Source of the DNA: Macrostomum hystrix | Taxonomy: Eukaryota > Animalia > Platyhelminthes | Assembly (NCBI GenBank): GCA_950097015.1 | Contig: CATNEN010000037.1 | Location: forward strand, 1,984,001-2,048,000 | DNA length: 64,000 nucleotides | Direction of reading: 5' to 3' | Part shown: positions 25,270 to 39,720 of the stretch, one piece after another | Position numbering within the stretch: the stretch's first letter is position 1 | Layout of the letters: each line of letters begins with the position of its first letter | Position numbers and translations under genes: made by a program | The notes under the pieces: model-generated | The model's input: only the letters and a program-made list of their open reading frames with translations | Told to the model about the DNA's origin: nothing | The model's database searches: none

Positions 25270-26172
25270 TCATTGCTAATCCACCAACAGATTACCACTA
25301 ATCCTTGCTAATCCACCAGCAGATTACCACTAATCCACCAACAGATTCACCAACAGATTACCACTAATCCTTGCTAATCCACCAACAGATTACCACTAAT
25401 CCACCAACAGATTACCACTAATCCTTGCTAATCCACCAGCAGATTACCACCAATCCTTCCCAATCACTCAGCAGATTACCACCAATCCTTCCCAATCACT
25501 CAGCAGATCACCACCAATCCTTCCCAGTCACTCAGCAGATTACCACCAATCCTTCCTAATCCACCAGCAGATTACCATCAATCCTTCCTAATCCACCAGC
25601 AGATTACCATCAATCCTTCCTAATCCACCAGCAGATTACCATCAATCCTCCTAATCCACCAGCAGATTACCATCAATCCTTCCTAATCACTTAGCAGATT
25701 ACCATGAATCCTCCTAATCCTCCAGCAGATTACCATCAATCCTTCCTAATCACTCAGCAGATTACCATCAATCCTTCCTAATCCACCAGCAGATTACCAT
25801 CAATCCTTCCTAATCCACCAGCAGATTACCATCAATCTTTCCTAATCACTCAGCAGATTACCATCAATCCTTCCTAATCCACCAGCAGATTACCATCAAT
25901 CCTTCCTAATCCACCAGCAGATTACCACCAATCCTTCCTAATCCACCAGCAGATTACCATCAATCCTTCCTAATCCACCAGCAGATTACCATCAATCCTT
26001 CCTAATCCACAAGCAGATTACCATCAATCCTTCCTAATCCACCAGCAGATTACCACCAATCCTTCCTAATCCACCAGCAGATTACCATCAATCCTTCCTA
26101 ATCCACCAGCAGATTACCATCAATCCTTCCTAATCCACAAGCAGATTACCATCAATCCTTCCTAATCCACTA
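25270..26172. repeat. 32-bp minisatellite between MCM6 and MED22 (AATCCACCAGCAGATTACCATCAATCCTTCCT)
   Basis: Direct tandem copies, period 32, no spacers. Confidence 0.95.
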
Positions 26173-26269
26173 GCTTCTAAAAATGCAAGCATGCGCTATA
26201 AAATTCGCAGTACAACATCCTACCACATCCTACCAACATCCTTCAGCACGGAAGCTCCCAGCTGCATCA

Positions 26270-26734
26270 ATGTCTCGCCAGACTGGCCAGCCTTCGAATC
26301 AACAGATGTCCGACATGCGCAACAGTGTGCGCTCAGATGTGCGCTCAATTTTGGACAACTTCTCCGAGATGCTCACCCTCGCTAAGCCGGATAATTTGAA
26401 CGCGATCCAATCTCAGCAGGTCCTACCGGAGAGCACCAGTCGCATAGCAACAGTGACGCAGAGCTCGCAGGATCACCTGGAATTAAGTACCAGAGCAGCT
26501 AATCTAGTGCGCGCCTGTCACCTATTGAAGCGTCAAGTATTAGAGATGAAGCGCGCCCTGATTCTGGACGATTTTTCTTGGATGCACGACTCCAAAGAGG
26601 CGGCTAATAAAGCTGAGCGTCTGGCTCTGATTGAAACTCGCGGCCTACTCGAGGCCACCAGGGATCGCCTGCTAGACATTCAATTCGATCTAGAAGAGGA
26701 GGCCTGCGCCGCCAATACTGTATTAGTTGACTAG
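26270..26734 (+). CDS. MED22: Mediator subunit 22, 154 aa, single exon
   Basis: DVRSILDNFSEMLTLAK, SQDHLELSTRAANLVRA and LILDDF match the MED22 pattern as I recall it (DDIKSIMDNFTEIIKTAK, QDNYEMHVRAANIVRA, LILNDF). ATG 26270 chosen over 26183 because it aligns with the family start. Confidence 0.88.
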   Translation: MSRQTGQPSNQQMSDMRNSVRSDVRSILDNFSEMLTLAKPDNLNAIQSQQVLPESTSRIATVTQSSQDHLELSTRAANLVRACHLLKRQVLEMKRALILDDFSWMHDSKEAANKAERLALIETRGLLEATRDRLLDIQFDLEEEACAANTVLVD

Positions 26735-27360
26735 CGGCGTGTGTTGCCCTAGGTCGGGTCAACATGGATAGATTTTTTACCTATTAAAGTACTTCTAGGT
26801 AAATAACATAAATATGCGCGTTTCTTTTAATGCATTTTCTTCTTGTAAAATAAAGTGCTCTGAATGCTATTTAAACGTTTTTAAGTGTCTTTTGTCTTTA
26901 ATTAATTTTCTAAAATGCGTCGAAGTACACACTCGTTGATATTAGTTCTACATACTCGACAAGTACTTAAAAGAATGTTCCTAGTGCAATTTTTATAGCT
27001 AATAATAGTGTGAACAGAATATGTGACTAGTTTTTTATTCGAGCGGTGTTTAGAACACACAATATGTTTATTTTCAAAATTTCAATATCTTTTGTTTCAA
27101 TAATAACAAATCTTCTCTTTTGCAGCTCTTTCGAGTAAAGAATTAGCAAACTTATTCTAAATCTGTTTATCAGCGCAAAAAACTCAGCCAAGAAATCATC
27201 GATTGATTCGATAAAGCCGCTGATATAGATATTTATCTTTTACGGAATCAGTAATACCCTAACAACTAAGCGAAAACACATCAACTGACAAACCTCTTGC
27301 GGAAGAAAAACCAGCAACTTGCTTGAGAAGTTTGAGTATCGGCGACTCATTCGAAGAATA

Positions 27361-29325
27361 ATGAGTGACGTCAATCGGAAACTGCGACGACGCAATACCG
27401 GCCAGGCCGATGATCAGTACGATGCCGCCGACACAGACGAGTCGGCTTCGACGCAAGCCTCTGAGGATAACGACGACCGGGTCGCTCTGGCCGGCAATAG
27501 CGCCGCAGTGCCGCTTCAAAACGGCGCCGCCGACGATGAAAATGACGATGTAGACGACGTAGTCCACTCCGCGGCGAATCAGAACAGTCGAGCCTACGAT
27601 GAATTCCAGTCAGATGCCGTCGCCGACGCCACCGCTTCGTCAGATTCTGGCGACGAGTCCGACAATGCCACCGACAGTTATCAACATCAGCAGCAGCTGC
27701 AGTTCTGCGGTCCCGATCGGGTCTTCTATACCCCTGACACCACCGTGCCTTATCGCCGTCTGGAGAACAAAGACAACAACGATGACGCCGACGATGACGA
27801 TGAAGAAGATGACGAAGATGGAGACGACGAGGACGAGAACTCTGACGGCGGATTTGGCCAGTTTGGCTACGCCAAGAATCCCGGCTCCGCCTACCGGCCC
27901 GGCTACGGCGGAGTCACTAGGAGCAACGGCTATTCGATCTCCATGCGTGCTACCTCGGCTGGCAAAAACTATGCCCAGTCGTCTGCTGCCACGGCTTCGG
28001 CCGCCAGTTCAGAGAAGCGTCGCCAGAAGAGCGACAGCCCGCCGGAGCTTGCCGGCAAAGGCGCCTCCTCCGCAACTGGCCAATCTAAGAAACAGCGGCA
28101 GCAGCAGCAGCAGCAGCAGAGGTCGTCATACGGTCATGCCTCAGCGGACTCTGATTCGAATGAGCAGCAGCAACCTGTGCACTACAACACGCTAACAGGT
28201 GCTGGTCAGCCGTCTGATCACGCTGCTAAAGGCAAAAGACGCAAGCGTCATGAGCAGGGCGTTCGCACCACCATCAAGGCTCAAGATGTTGCTGGCAATC
28301 GCGGCCAGGACGATATTGACTCTTTGCTGAATTTCATTGAAAGCAATCCGGGCGCTAGGAGCAAGAAGAGTATTGTTCCCAAGCCCGTTGTGCCGCACCC
28401 GCTGCCGCATCCCCACCAGCAGCAAACGCTCCAGCAGCCAAAGCAGAAGCAGAAGCAGCATTCAAAGGATAGCAGCAAGTCGGCTTCCGATACCCAGCCA
28501 AAGTCTTTGACTAGTCCATCTGCGGAAGATTTAGCAGCAGTTTTTACTGAAACCCAAGTCCAGCAGCAGCAGCTGCCTCCAGCACCAGAGCCCGCCCTTG
28601 AGACCGCCGATCATTCGTCCTCCCATCAGCAGAAGACAACTAAAGAGGCTAATTCAAAGCCAGCACAACCTATTGTTGTGGGAAATTCACTGCCAAATGG
28701 TTCTGCTAATAGTTCAATTGATAAACAGCGGCAGAAGCAGTCGCAGTTGGACTTCACAGACTTTGACACTTTAGAGGTGACCGAGCCTGTCCAGGAGGAC
28801 GCCTTCTCCGTTGTTCTATCAAAGAAGGAGCGAAAGCGTCTGACTAAGCGTGCGGACCCGCTGCCCCAGACTGCCGTTCACACAGCGCCTTCTAAACAGA
28901 AGATGCTGCGAAACGCAGCTGAGCCAGCTGCTAACCATTCTCAGCAGCAGCAAAAGCAGCGCCACGCCTCCGCCGCTCCGCTGTCGGCTTCGACACGCGC
29001 GCACAATGGTAGTGTCGCTGCCGCCTCCGCTGCCGTTGCAGCCGCAGCTGTTGTCGTTTCGCCCTCGCCGCCAACTTCCGGCCAGACGCCGTCCTCCACA
29101 GTGCGAACATCGTCTTCGTCGCGGTCCGGATCGCCTGGAGCCTCGGAGCCAGTCGCTGCTGCTGCCGGCGCCACCTCTCAGCGACGCCCGCGACAATTGA
29201 ACCCGGCCGAGTATGAGCAGCTGCTGCGGCAGAAGGCGCAAGAGAATGCCTTGCTGCGCCGCGACCTAGACTCGTGCAGTCCGAATCATTCGCAGCTAGT
29301 TTCCTTTCTCTATTCGCTTTGTTAA
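27361..29325 (+). CDS. Uncharacterised 654-aa low-complexity (Asp/Ser/Gln/Ala-rich) protein
   Basis: Uninterrupted 2-kb GC-rich ORF in AT-rich flanks; acidic tract, basic NLS-like clusters (KGKRRKR, KKERKR) and a DDIDSLLNFIES motif. No family recognised with confidence. Confidence 0.75.
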   Translation: MSDVNRKLRRRNTGQADDQYDAADTDESASTQASEDNDDRVALAGNSAAVPLQNGAADDENDDVDDVVHSAANQNSRAYDEFQSDAVADATASSDSGDESDNATDSYQHQQQLQFCGPDRVFYTPDTTVPYRRLENKDNNDDADDDDEEDDEDGDDEDENSDGGFGQFGYAKNPGSAYRPGYGGVTRSNGYSISMRATSAGKNYAQSSAATASAASSEKRRQKSDSPPELAGKGASSATGQSKKQRQQQQQQQRSSYGHASADSDSNEQQQPVHYNTLTGAGQPSDHAAKGKRRKRHEQGVRTTIKAQDVAGNRGQDDIDSLLNFIESNPGARSKKSIVPKPVVPHPLPHPHQQQTLQQPKQKQKQHSKDSSKSASDTQPKSLTSPSAEDLAAVFTETQVQQQQLPPAPEPALETADHSSSHQQKTTKEANSKPAQPIVVGNSLPNGSANSSIDKQRQKQSQLDFTDFDTLEVTEPVQEDAFSVVLSKKERKRLTKRADPLPQTAVHTAPSKQKMLRNAAEPAANHSQQQQKQRHASAAPLSASTRAHNGSVAAASAAVAAAAVVVSPSPPTSGQTPSSTVRTSSSSRSGSPGASEPVAAAAGATSQRRPRQLNPAEYEQLLRQKAQENALLRRDLDSCSPNHSQLVSFLYSLC

Positions 29326-32066
29326 CTTTGCTTGATTGCTAGTTAAGGAGCTACATGTGTATTTTCTTGTAAGCTTCGGACTCATTTTCTTGGCTAATTT
29401 GTTCGAATCAATTTTTTAGTTTTTATTTTTATAACCAATAATTTCGTACAGCATCGAGTCTAAAATGTCTCACGCGGTCAGATTTTCGATGCTTAGTTTA
29501 ATTATTTTAGTACTTACTAAATACTAGTTTCTCCTATGGACTCACCGAATTATTGTGTACTTTTTCATATATCAACTTCTTTATCTAAAGTGGTTAATGG
29601 GATGTCTTTTTCTGTGCTAGCTTTGTTTTCCAATTTATATTTTTAATGAAACTCGTACTATTAATCAATAGAATATAATTCCACCAACTTAATGTGCCTC
29701 CCAGTGCTCATTCATCCAATAACTACTTGTAATTTCAGTCGAATATCGGTCATCAATTGAACTTTAGCTTTCATTTAGTCTGTCCTTGTTATTTTCCATA
29801 ATTTTTTGTATCGGTCTGTTTGGAGTTAGTTTAATTAGCTTGCCATTTTCTGCGTATTATTGTTCGTACTTGATGATTTTCAATAACAAATATTCAGTCA
29901 CTGTGTTAGGCCATTGTCGTTAGTCTTTGTGTTTGTCTTTTTAGGCTTTTTGATTGTGCTTTTAGTTGTGCTTTTTTATAAGCAACACTTTTTCTTCTGG
30001 ACTGCAGTGCTGAACACAACGCGCGTGTCGATCGCCTAGTCACAACCGCTTAGCAACGATAATTTACATTGGAAATATGGATTTAGTGCCAGAGGTGTGC
30101 GCGTTTCCATGGGGAGGGTAAATTACTGTTTGTGTTGCTATGCGGACAGTTTCAGTCCGTTTACCAGCGGTAAATCTCGGCAGACACTTGTCCGTAATCT
30201 ATGGCGACAAAATCTATGTTGCTATGCGGACATTTTAAATCCGTATCTAAGGATAAATCTTCGCTGCTATGCCACAGCTTGTCTAAATGGTAAATCCCTA
30301 TTTCAGCACAGCTAGGGTGCGAATAGTGTGAAGCATTCTATCAGTCCTTGTAATTTTGTAGCCGCTGCTTGTTTTCGCAGCGCGCAATTGAACCGTTGTT
30401 AATGTTCTATTTTGATGTTACAAAACCCGCTTGAAGTTCTGTGTTTCTACTTTTAGCCTAATTATACTTAGAAATTAATTATATCAACAACAGCAGCACA
30501 CAAAAACTCCCCGTAGCTTTGCTGGTGACATTTTTTTAGTAAGCTATTGTACTTTTCAGCTTATTTTGCGAACCAAATGAGCTTAAATTAGCTCTTGTTT
30601 TACCTTTGTTCGCTATTTGGGCTAATTTTTCAGCTGTACTAAGCCTAGATCATCAGTGTAAGTGTGCCACCTAGACCAAAGCCTTTTTATTACGGTTGTG
30701 CATCATTAACTCTGATTAGTACATGCTAGACTTTCTTTTGACTACAATAACTTTGCCTGTAAATCTAATTTGAAGTGCTTTTCTTCTTAAAATATTTGTG
30801 TGGTAGTAGACACTACTAAATGTACGAGTAGCATCTTTGGCGCCTTTACTGAAATATAAAACTAACCAACTCGCAGCCAAAGATTAGCGACTAATAATGT
30901 TGTCTCCATGTATGCACATATCATATCTTATTTCATTTGTTCTCAAGCCATACACCATTGCTTTTTTATGTGTACCAACCACACAACTTAATGGTACTAA
31001 TGGTGAAACAATAATTACTAATTCCAATGCCTTCTAGTTATAGTACATATTGTATAGTTTGTTCACTATATCGATATGCGAATAATTCAATTTGGAATTT
31101 TCAAATTTCCACACGCCTTCTATCGATTCAAATTTCGCTTCGTTTCTTTTACCGTGGTTGCTTTGTTTGTTGCTGTTGCTGTTGTTGTTATACGCAAAAA
31201 CTAACTACCCCATTTATATAAACCATCCCTAATTGTTTCAATTGTGGCCGATATGTTTAGAAATCGTTTTAGGTTTTTAGTTAATGTGCAATGTTATTCA
31301 TCTATTTGTCTGGGACTAGCTGATTCGAGTTGTGTGTAGCGTTGTGTGACTGAAGATTTGCTAGTTAGGCCTAGAGAATGCTAAATTGAAGCAAAAGTTA
31401 TTTTCAAAGTTTTTCTTGACTTTTTAAAAAAAAACTATAGCTCCTAATAGATTTTTTGCCGTTTGTTTTTTAACTCAAGCTATTTTCTGCTAGCAAGTTA
31501 AGTTGGCTTGCTTAAAAAACGCTGTTATTTTTTCTTCCAGTTAAATTATTTTCAGTCGTAATAAATTAGCATAAATTTAATTTTGTACTTAACAAGTGTT
31601 CTATAAAAACGCTGTTATCTTCTTTTTAGAGTAAAACCACTAACCCCTGCTGCTAGCATCTTTGTGAGTCGGCTTGTCTCTTCATTCATCGTGCACTATT
31701 ACATTGCTATTTTTATTCAAGGTATCATTATGAACTTCACTTTCTTTTTCTGCCCTGTGTCACCTGCGCTTTCACGAGTACTTTTAAACAAAAAATAATA
31801 ACTTTCTATTTTTGTCTCTAACAGAATGAGACGCCTAGATGGCGTGTACTTTAGATCAGCCGTAGAATCATTTTACGCAACCCGCATTGTTTGCGAATCT
31901 AAAGTTAGTCAACTTCATTTATTTGATTTCACTTTTTTTGTCAAGTTGAAAATCATTGAAAAGCTAAAAAGCCAGTGTTTGTGAAAGCCTGAACTAAAGA
32001 ACTTTATTACGGTTTCAACATTCACTGTTTAAACGTTGAGTTTCCCACTTGCTATGTTACCAATTA

Positions 32067-32592
32067 ATGGGTTACCCACCTGCCACGTTCTCAAATGATT
32101 GGTTGCCCACCTGCCACGTTCTCAAATGATTGGTTGCCCACCTGCAATGTTCTCAAATGATGGGTTACCCACCTGCCACGTTCTCAAATGATGGGTTACC
32201 CACCTGCCATGTTCTCAAATGATGGGTTACCCACCTGCCATGTTCTCAAATGATGGGTTACCCACCTGCCATGTTCTCAAATGATGGGTTACCCACCTGC
32301 CATGTTCTCAAATGATGGGTTGCCCACCTGCCATGTTCTCAAATGATGGGTTACCCACCTGCCACGTTCTCAAATGATGGGTTACCCACCTGCCACGTTC
32401 TCAAATGATGGGTTGCCCACCTGCAATGTTCTCAAATGATGGGTTACCCACCTGCCACGTTCTCAAATGATTGGTTGCCCACCTGCAATGTTCTCAAATG
32501 ATTGGTTGCCCACCTGCCTCGTTCTCAAATGATGGGTTACCCAACTGCCACGTTCTCAAATGACGGGTTGCCCACCTGGCATGTTCTCAAAT
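32067..32592. repeat. 31-bp minisatellite (CAAATGATGGGTTACCCACCTGCCATGTTCT)
   Basis: About 17 head-to-tail copies with an internal GGGTTACCC hairpin and no spacers. Confidence 0.95.
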
Positions 32593-34134
32593 AATGGGCG
32601 AACTGAAGCACTCGGGAATTAAGTTTTTGTCACTAAGTGATTGTCACTATTTGAGCCTAAAATTAATTTTTTGTGTTTATTATACTAGTATATCTAATTG
32701 CACTCCTTGTATCATATCTATGCGTATCATCATTGCTACTAATCGATTGTTAAGCTTCAAAAGATTTCCTTTGATTTGTTCACACCCCGTGCACTGTCCA
32801 ATCAGCGTTGATGCTCAGCCATTTTTTTGTTCATACAATTATTTTCTCATGGATATTTCTCACACCAAATGCAGACATCATTTTTTATCTCATCCTATCC
32901 AGTCTTTTTCTGATTTAGATCTATTTGAAAGAAAGCAATCGGATGCGAATCTTAGGTGCATAGCCCAGTCCTATGGACTGCGAGACCGTAGTGTTCTATT
33001 ATTTTTGCTACAGTGGCGTCTTTCCTGACCATCTACTACTGCCCAATAACTAATTTATTTAGCGTCCTATCTGACACCTTGGTCCCGCGTTGTCATCATA
33101 AACTATTATTTAATCAGTACATTTTTAAACCTAATTTTGTCCACCTTTGTGCGTTTTGTCGATTAAAAAACGTCTATTTTTTCAAATACAATGCTTATGT
33201 ATACCGGCCATGCTACATTACAGCTAGCTTGCAGCTATTAGCAATCGCTGCCGCCGTGCCGTCTGTTTTTCTCATTATAGTGTACTGTACTGCGCCTATT
33301 GGGTGGCCTAGATTATATTCTACATATATACTACAATTGTGTCGCGATCCAAAAAAGTTTATGCGAAAAAATCTATGCAGAAATCCAATTCAGAATCTTC
33401 CCCAAACCCAGTCTCTATTTATACCAGAATCCTATCCCTAATCTTAACTAAGCATTGTCTCATCTCAAAGTACTAATATTTAAAACTCCCATTCACAAAC
33501 TTCCCAAAAAAATTACTTAAAATTTCCATCCTAACAGTAATTCTCTTATGATTTGTTAATCTACCTTCCCAATAGGCGCTTAGAATAGAAAAGTACGTGT
33601 GTTAAAGCTACTATTAGTACTAGTTGTAGTATATGTAGTACTAAAAAGTCCGGTTTTCATTGGTATCTACCATCTTTTTTGCGCGCGCGTGTGTGTGAGT
33701 ATGTTTTCGTTTTTCCCGTTTCTCAGTTTTTTTGGCACTAATTCTGCAAACTGCCACCCTTGCGCACCTTTCCCTAGGCTCTGCCTGTCCGTTAATGTCC
33801 GTTACCATCCGTTAACATCTACGTTGCTTTTTGTGTGTGCCAGTAGCCGCCATTCAATAACTATAGCCTGTTAGTGTTGTTATCATCTTTTCGATATGAA
33901 ATTGCTGACGATACACACACAAGGTAAATATACAGTCTTACATATTTTACTAATAATAGATTAATGATAAAAATGTGCTTTCACCGTTGTTCTACTTTAT
34001 TTAATAACTGTATAGAATTGTTTTAATTTGCGTTCATATACTCAAACCTAGATCTTTCACCTGTCACAATCCTCAGTCGGGCTCACGGTCAGCAACCTCC
34101 GGCCCCTGGTCTTTTACAACAACTACTCTACGTT

Positions 34135-36925
34135 ATCTTATCTCCTGTCTCTTATCCTGTCTCATCTCTTCCCAGTTTTGTCTCTCCCGTGTATAATCTC
34201 TTCCTTGTTTTATCTCTCCCTGTCTCATCTCTTCCTTGTTTTATCTCTCCCTGTCGTATCTCTTCCTTGTTTTATCTCTCCCTGTCTCATCTCTTCCTTG
34301 TTTTATCTCTCCCTGTCGTATCTCTTCCTTGTTTTATCTCTCCCTGTCGTATCTCTTCCTTGTTTTATCTCTCCCTGTCTCATCTCTTCCTTGTTTTATC
34401 TCTCCCTGTCTCATCTCTTCCTTGTTTTATCTCTCCCTGTCTCATATCTTCCTTGTTTTATCTCTCCCTGTCTCATCTCTTCCTTGTTTTATCTCTCCCT
34501 GTCTCATCTCTTCCTTGTTTTATCTCTCCCTGTCTCATCTCTTCCTTGTTTTATCTCTCCCTGTCTCATCTCTTCCTTGTTTTATCTCTCCCTGTCTCAT
34601 CTCTTCCTTGTTTTATCTCTCCCTGTCTCATCTCTTCCTTGTTTTATCTCTCCCTGTCTCATCTCTTCCTTGTTTTATCTCTCCCTGTCTCATCTCTTCC
34701 TTGTTTTATCTCTCCCTGTCGTATCTCTTCCTTGTTTTATCTCTACCGTGTCTCATCTCTTCCTTGATTTATCTCTCCCTGTCTCATCTCTTCCTTGTTT
34801 TATCTCTCCCTGTCTCATCTCTTCCTTGTTTTATCTCTCCCTGTCTCATCTCTTCCTTGTTTTATCTCTCCCGTGTTTAATATCTTCCTTGTTTTATCTC
34901 TCCCTGTCTCATCTCTTCCTTGTTTTATCTCTCCCTGTCTCATCTCTTCCTTGTTTTATCTCTCCCGTGTTTAATCTCTTCCTTGTTTTATCTCTCCCTG
35001 TCTCATCTCTTCCTTGTTTTATCTCTCCCTGTCTCATCTCTTCCTTGTTTTATCTCTCCCTGTCTCATCTCTTCCTTGTTTTATCTCTCCCGTGTTTAAT
35101 CTCTTCCTTGTTTTATCTCTCCCTGTCTCATCTCTTCCTTGTTTTATCTCTCCCTGTCTCATCTCTTCCTTGTTTTATCTCTCCCTGTCTCATCTCTTCC
35201 TTGTTTTATCTCTCCCTGTCTCATCTCTTCCTTGTTTTATCTCTCCCTGTCTCATCTCTTCCTTGTTTTATCTCTCCCGTGTTTAATCTCTTCCTTGTTT
35301 TATCTCTCCCTGTCTCATCTCTTCCTTGTTTTATCTCTCCCTGTCTCATCTCTTCCTTGTTTTATCTCTCCCTGTCGTATCTCTTCCCTTTTTAGCTCTA
35401 CCGTGTCTCATCTCTTCCTTGATTTATCTCTCCCTATCGTATCTCTTCCCTTTTTAGCTCTACCGTGTCTCATCTCTTCCTTGATTTATCTCTCCCTGTC
35501 GTATCTCTTCCTTGATTTATCTCTCCCTGTCTCATCTCTTCCTTGATTTATCTCTCCCTGTCTCATCTCTTCCTTGATTTATCTCTCCCTGTCGTATCTC
35601 TTCCTTGTTTTATCTCTCCCTGTCGTATCTCTTCCTTGTTTTATCTCTCCCTGTCGTATCTCTTCCTTGTTTTATCTCTCCCTGTCTCATCTCTTCCTTG
35701 TTTTATCTCTCCCTGTCTCATCTCTTCCTTGTTTTATCTCTCCCTGTCTCATCTCTTCCTTGTTTTATCTCTCCCTGTCTCATCTCTTCCTTGTTTTATC
35801 TCTCCCTGTCTCATCTCTTCCTTGTTTTATCTCTCCCGTGTTTAATCTCTTCCTTGTTTTATCTCTCCCTGTCTCATCTCTTCCTTGTTTTATCTCTCCC
35901 TGTCTCATCTCTTCCTTGTTTTATCTCTCCCTGTCGTATCTCTTCCCTTTTTAGCTCTACCGTGTCTCATCTCTTCCTTGATTTATCTCTCCCTATCGTA
36001 TCTCTTCCCTTTTTAGCTCTACCGTGTCTCATCTCTTCCTTGATTTATCTCTCCCTGTCGTATCTCTTCCTTGATTTATCTCTCCCTGTCTCATCTCTTC
36101 CTTGATTTATCTCTCCCTGTCTCATCTCTTCCTTGATTTATCTCTCCCTGTCGTATCTCTTCCTTGTTTTATCTCTCCCTGTCGTATCTCTTCCTTGTTT
36201 TATCTCTCCCTGTCGTATCTCTTCCTTGTTTTATCTCTCCCTGTCTCATCTCTTCCTTGTTTTATCTCTCCCTGTCTCATCTCTTCCTTGTTTTATCTCT
36301 CCCTGTCTCATCTCTTCCTTGTTTTATCTCTCCCTGTCTCATCTCTTCCTTGTTTTATCTCTCCCTGTCTCATCTCTTCCTTGTTTTATCTCTCCCGTGT
36401 TTAATCTCTTCCTTGTTTTATCTCTCCCTGTCTCATTTCTTCCTTGTTTTATCTCTCCCTGTCTCATCTCTTCCTTGTTTTATCTCTCCCTGTCGTATCT
36501 CTTCCCTTTTTAGCTCTACCGTGTCTCATCTCTTCCTTGATTTATCTCTCCCTATCGTATCTCTTCCCTTTTTAGCTCTACCGTGTCTCATCTCTTCCTT
36601 GATTTATCTCTCCCTGTCGTATCTCTTCCCTTTTTAGCTCTACCGTGTCTCATCTCTTCCTTGATTTATCTCTCCCTGTCGTATCTCTTCCTTGTTTTAT
36701 CTCTCCCTGTCGTATCTCTTCCTTGATTTATCTCTCCCTGTCTCATCTCTTCCTTGTTTTATCTCTCCCTGTCGTATCTCTTCCCTTTTTAGCTCTACCG
36801 TGTCTCATCTCTTCCTTGATTTATCTCTCCCTGTCTCATCTCTTCCTTGATTTATCTCTCCCTGTCGTATCTCTTCCTTGATTTATCTCTCCCTGTCTCA
36901 TCTCTTCCTTGATTTATCTCTCCTA
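34135..36925. repeat. 2.8-kb pyrimidine-rich 31-bp satellite (TCTCATCTCTTCCTTGTTTTATCTCTCCCTG) with 559-bp higher-order repeats
   Basis: Tandem copies; the variant TAGCTCTACC recurs at 35393, 35952 and 36511. Confidence 0.95.
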
Positions 36926-37197
36926 TTTCTCATCCTTCTGTCTCACTTCTTCCTAGTTTTTTGTCTCCTATGTCAGAACTCTCCAAAGTCGTCTGCCATC
37001 TTTTGTATTTTTCTACACATCTGTGACATTTACTCTCACTTTTTTTTCTCACTCTCACTCACTCTCACTCTCACATTTACGCCTCATTACAAAAGTTTAA
37101 AAAACGTAAATGATAGCTTTTCTTAGAAATCAGCTATATATATATGTAAATATTTCTACACTCCATCCTCCAATCATTTCAGTCCTCATATTGTTAG

Positions 37198-38718
<1,521 letters not shown>

Positions 38719-39024
38719 GTGATGGATTCTCCTATTATACCTGATAGGTAACTGCTTCAATTTGCTTGCGGACTGTCGGCTTGAACAGACTTCTGGAATT
38801 AAAGATTTCATCACTGAACTTTTTACTAAAATTTATTTGAGCTATTAAATAGCTACTACAAGTACTATCGCTGAGATGACACCACTTATCGTATACCGAT
38901 TCAAAAACATTTCTTAATTGTTGCATGCATACGAGTAGTTATAAAATGCGTTAGTGAACTTTGTTTTAGTTAGTTCTTTTGCGGCCGTTTATTCTAATAC
39001 ATCGGTACAATTTATCCTGACTCT

Positions 39025-39720
39025 TCAATACCGCTCCTCCCAATACTTTAGGGTGGCTGCTCCTCCTGATACTCCAGGGTCGCTCCTCCCAATACTTCAG
39101 GGTCGCTCCTCCCAATACTTCAGGGTCGCTCCTCCTAATACTTCAGGGTCGCTCCTCCTAATACTTCAGGGTCGCTCCTCCCAATACTTCAGGGTCGCTC
39201 CTCCTGATACTTCAGGGTCGCTCCTCCTAATACTTCAGGGTCGCTCCTCCTAATACTTCAGGGTCGCTCCTCCTAATACTTCAGGGTCACTCCTCCCAAT
39301 ACTTCAGGGTCGCTCCTCCTAATACTTCAGGGTCGCTCCTCCCAATACTTCAGGGTCGCTCCTCCTAATACTTCAGGGTCGCTCCTCCCAATACTTCAGG
39401 GTCGCTCCTCCCAATACTTCAGGGTCACTCCTCCTAATACTTCAGGGTCGCTCCTCCCAATACTTCAGGGTCGCTCCTCCCAATACTTCAGGGTCGCTCC
39501 TTCCGATACTTCAGGGTCGCTCCTCCTAATACTTCAGGGTCGCTCCTCCCATTAATTCAGGGTCACTCCTCCCAATACTTCAGGGTCGCTCCTCCCAATA
39601 CTTCAGGGTCGCTCCTCCCAATACTTCAGGGTCGCTCCTTCCGATACTTCAGGGTCGCTCCTCCCAATACTTCAGGGTCGCTCCTCCTAATACTTCAGGG
39701 TCACTCCTCTCGATGCTTCA
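39025..39720. repeat. 23-bp minisatellite (CTCCTCCCAATACTTCAGGGTCG) downstream of katanin
   Basis: Direct tandem copies. Confidence 0.95.

Noticed and set aside
31825-31950. Possible extra exon (MRRLDGVYFRS...) after an acceptor-like CTAACAG
   Set aside because: No matching donor at the end of the 654-aa ORF, which has its own stop, and no recognisable homology.
32067-32592. CRISPR-like 31-bp repeat with an internal palindrome (also the 32-bp array at 25270-26172)
   Set aside because: Units are head-to-tail with no unique spacers, there are no cas genes, and the context is eukaryotic.
34178-37126. Many overlapping Leu/Ser-rich ORFs up to 405 aa
   Set aside because: Artefacts of the 31-bp satellite, open in all three frames.
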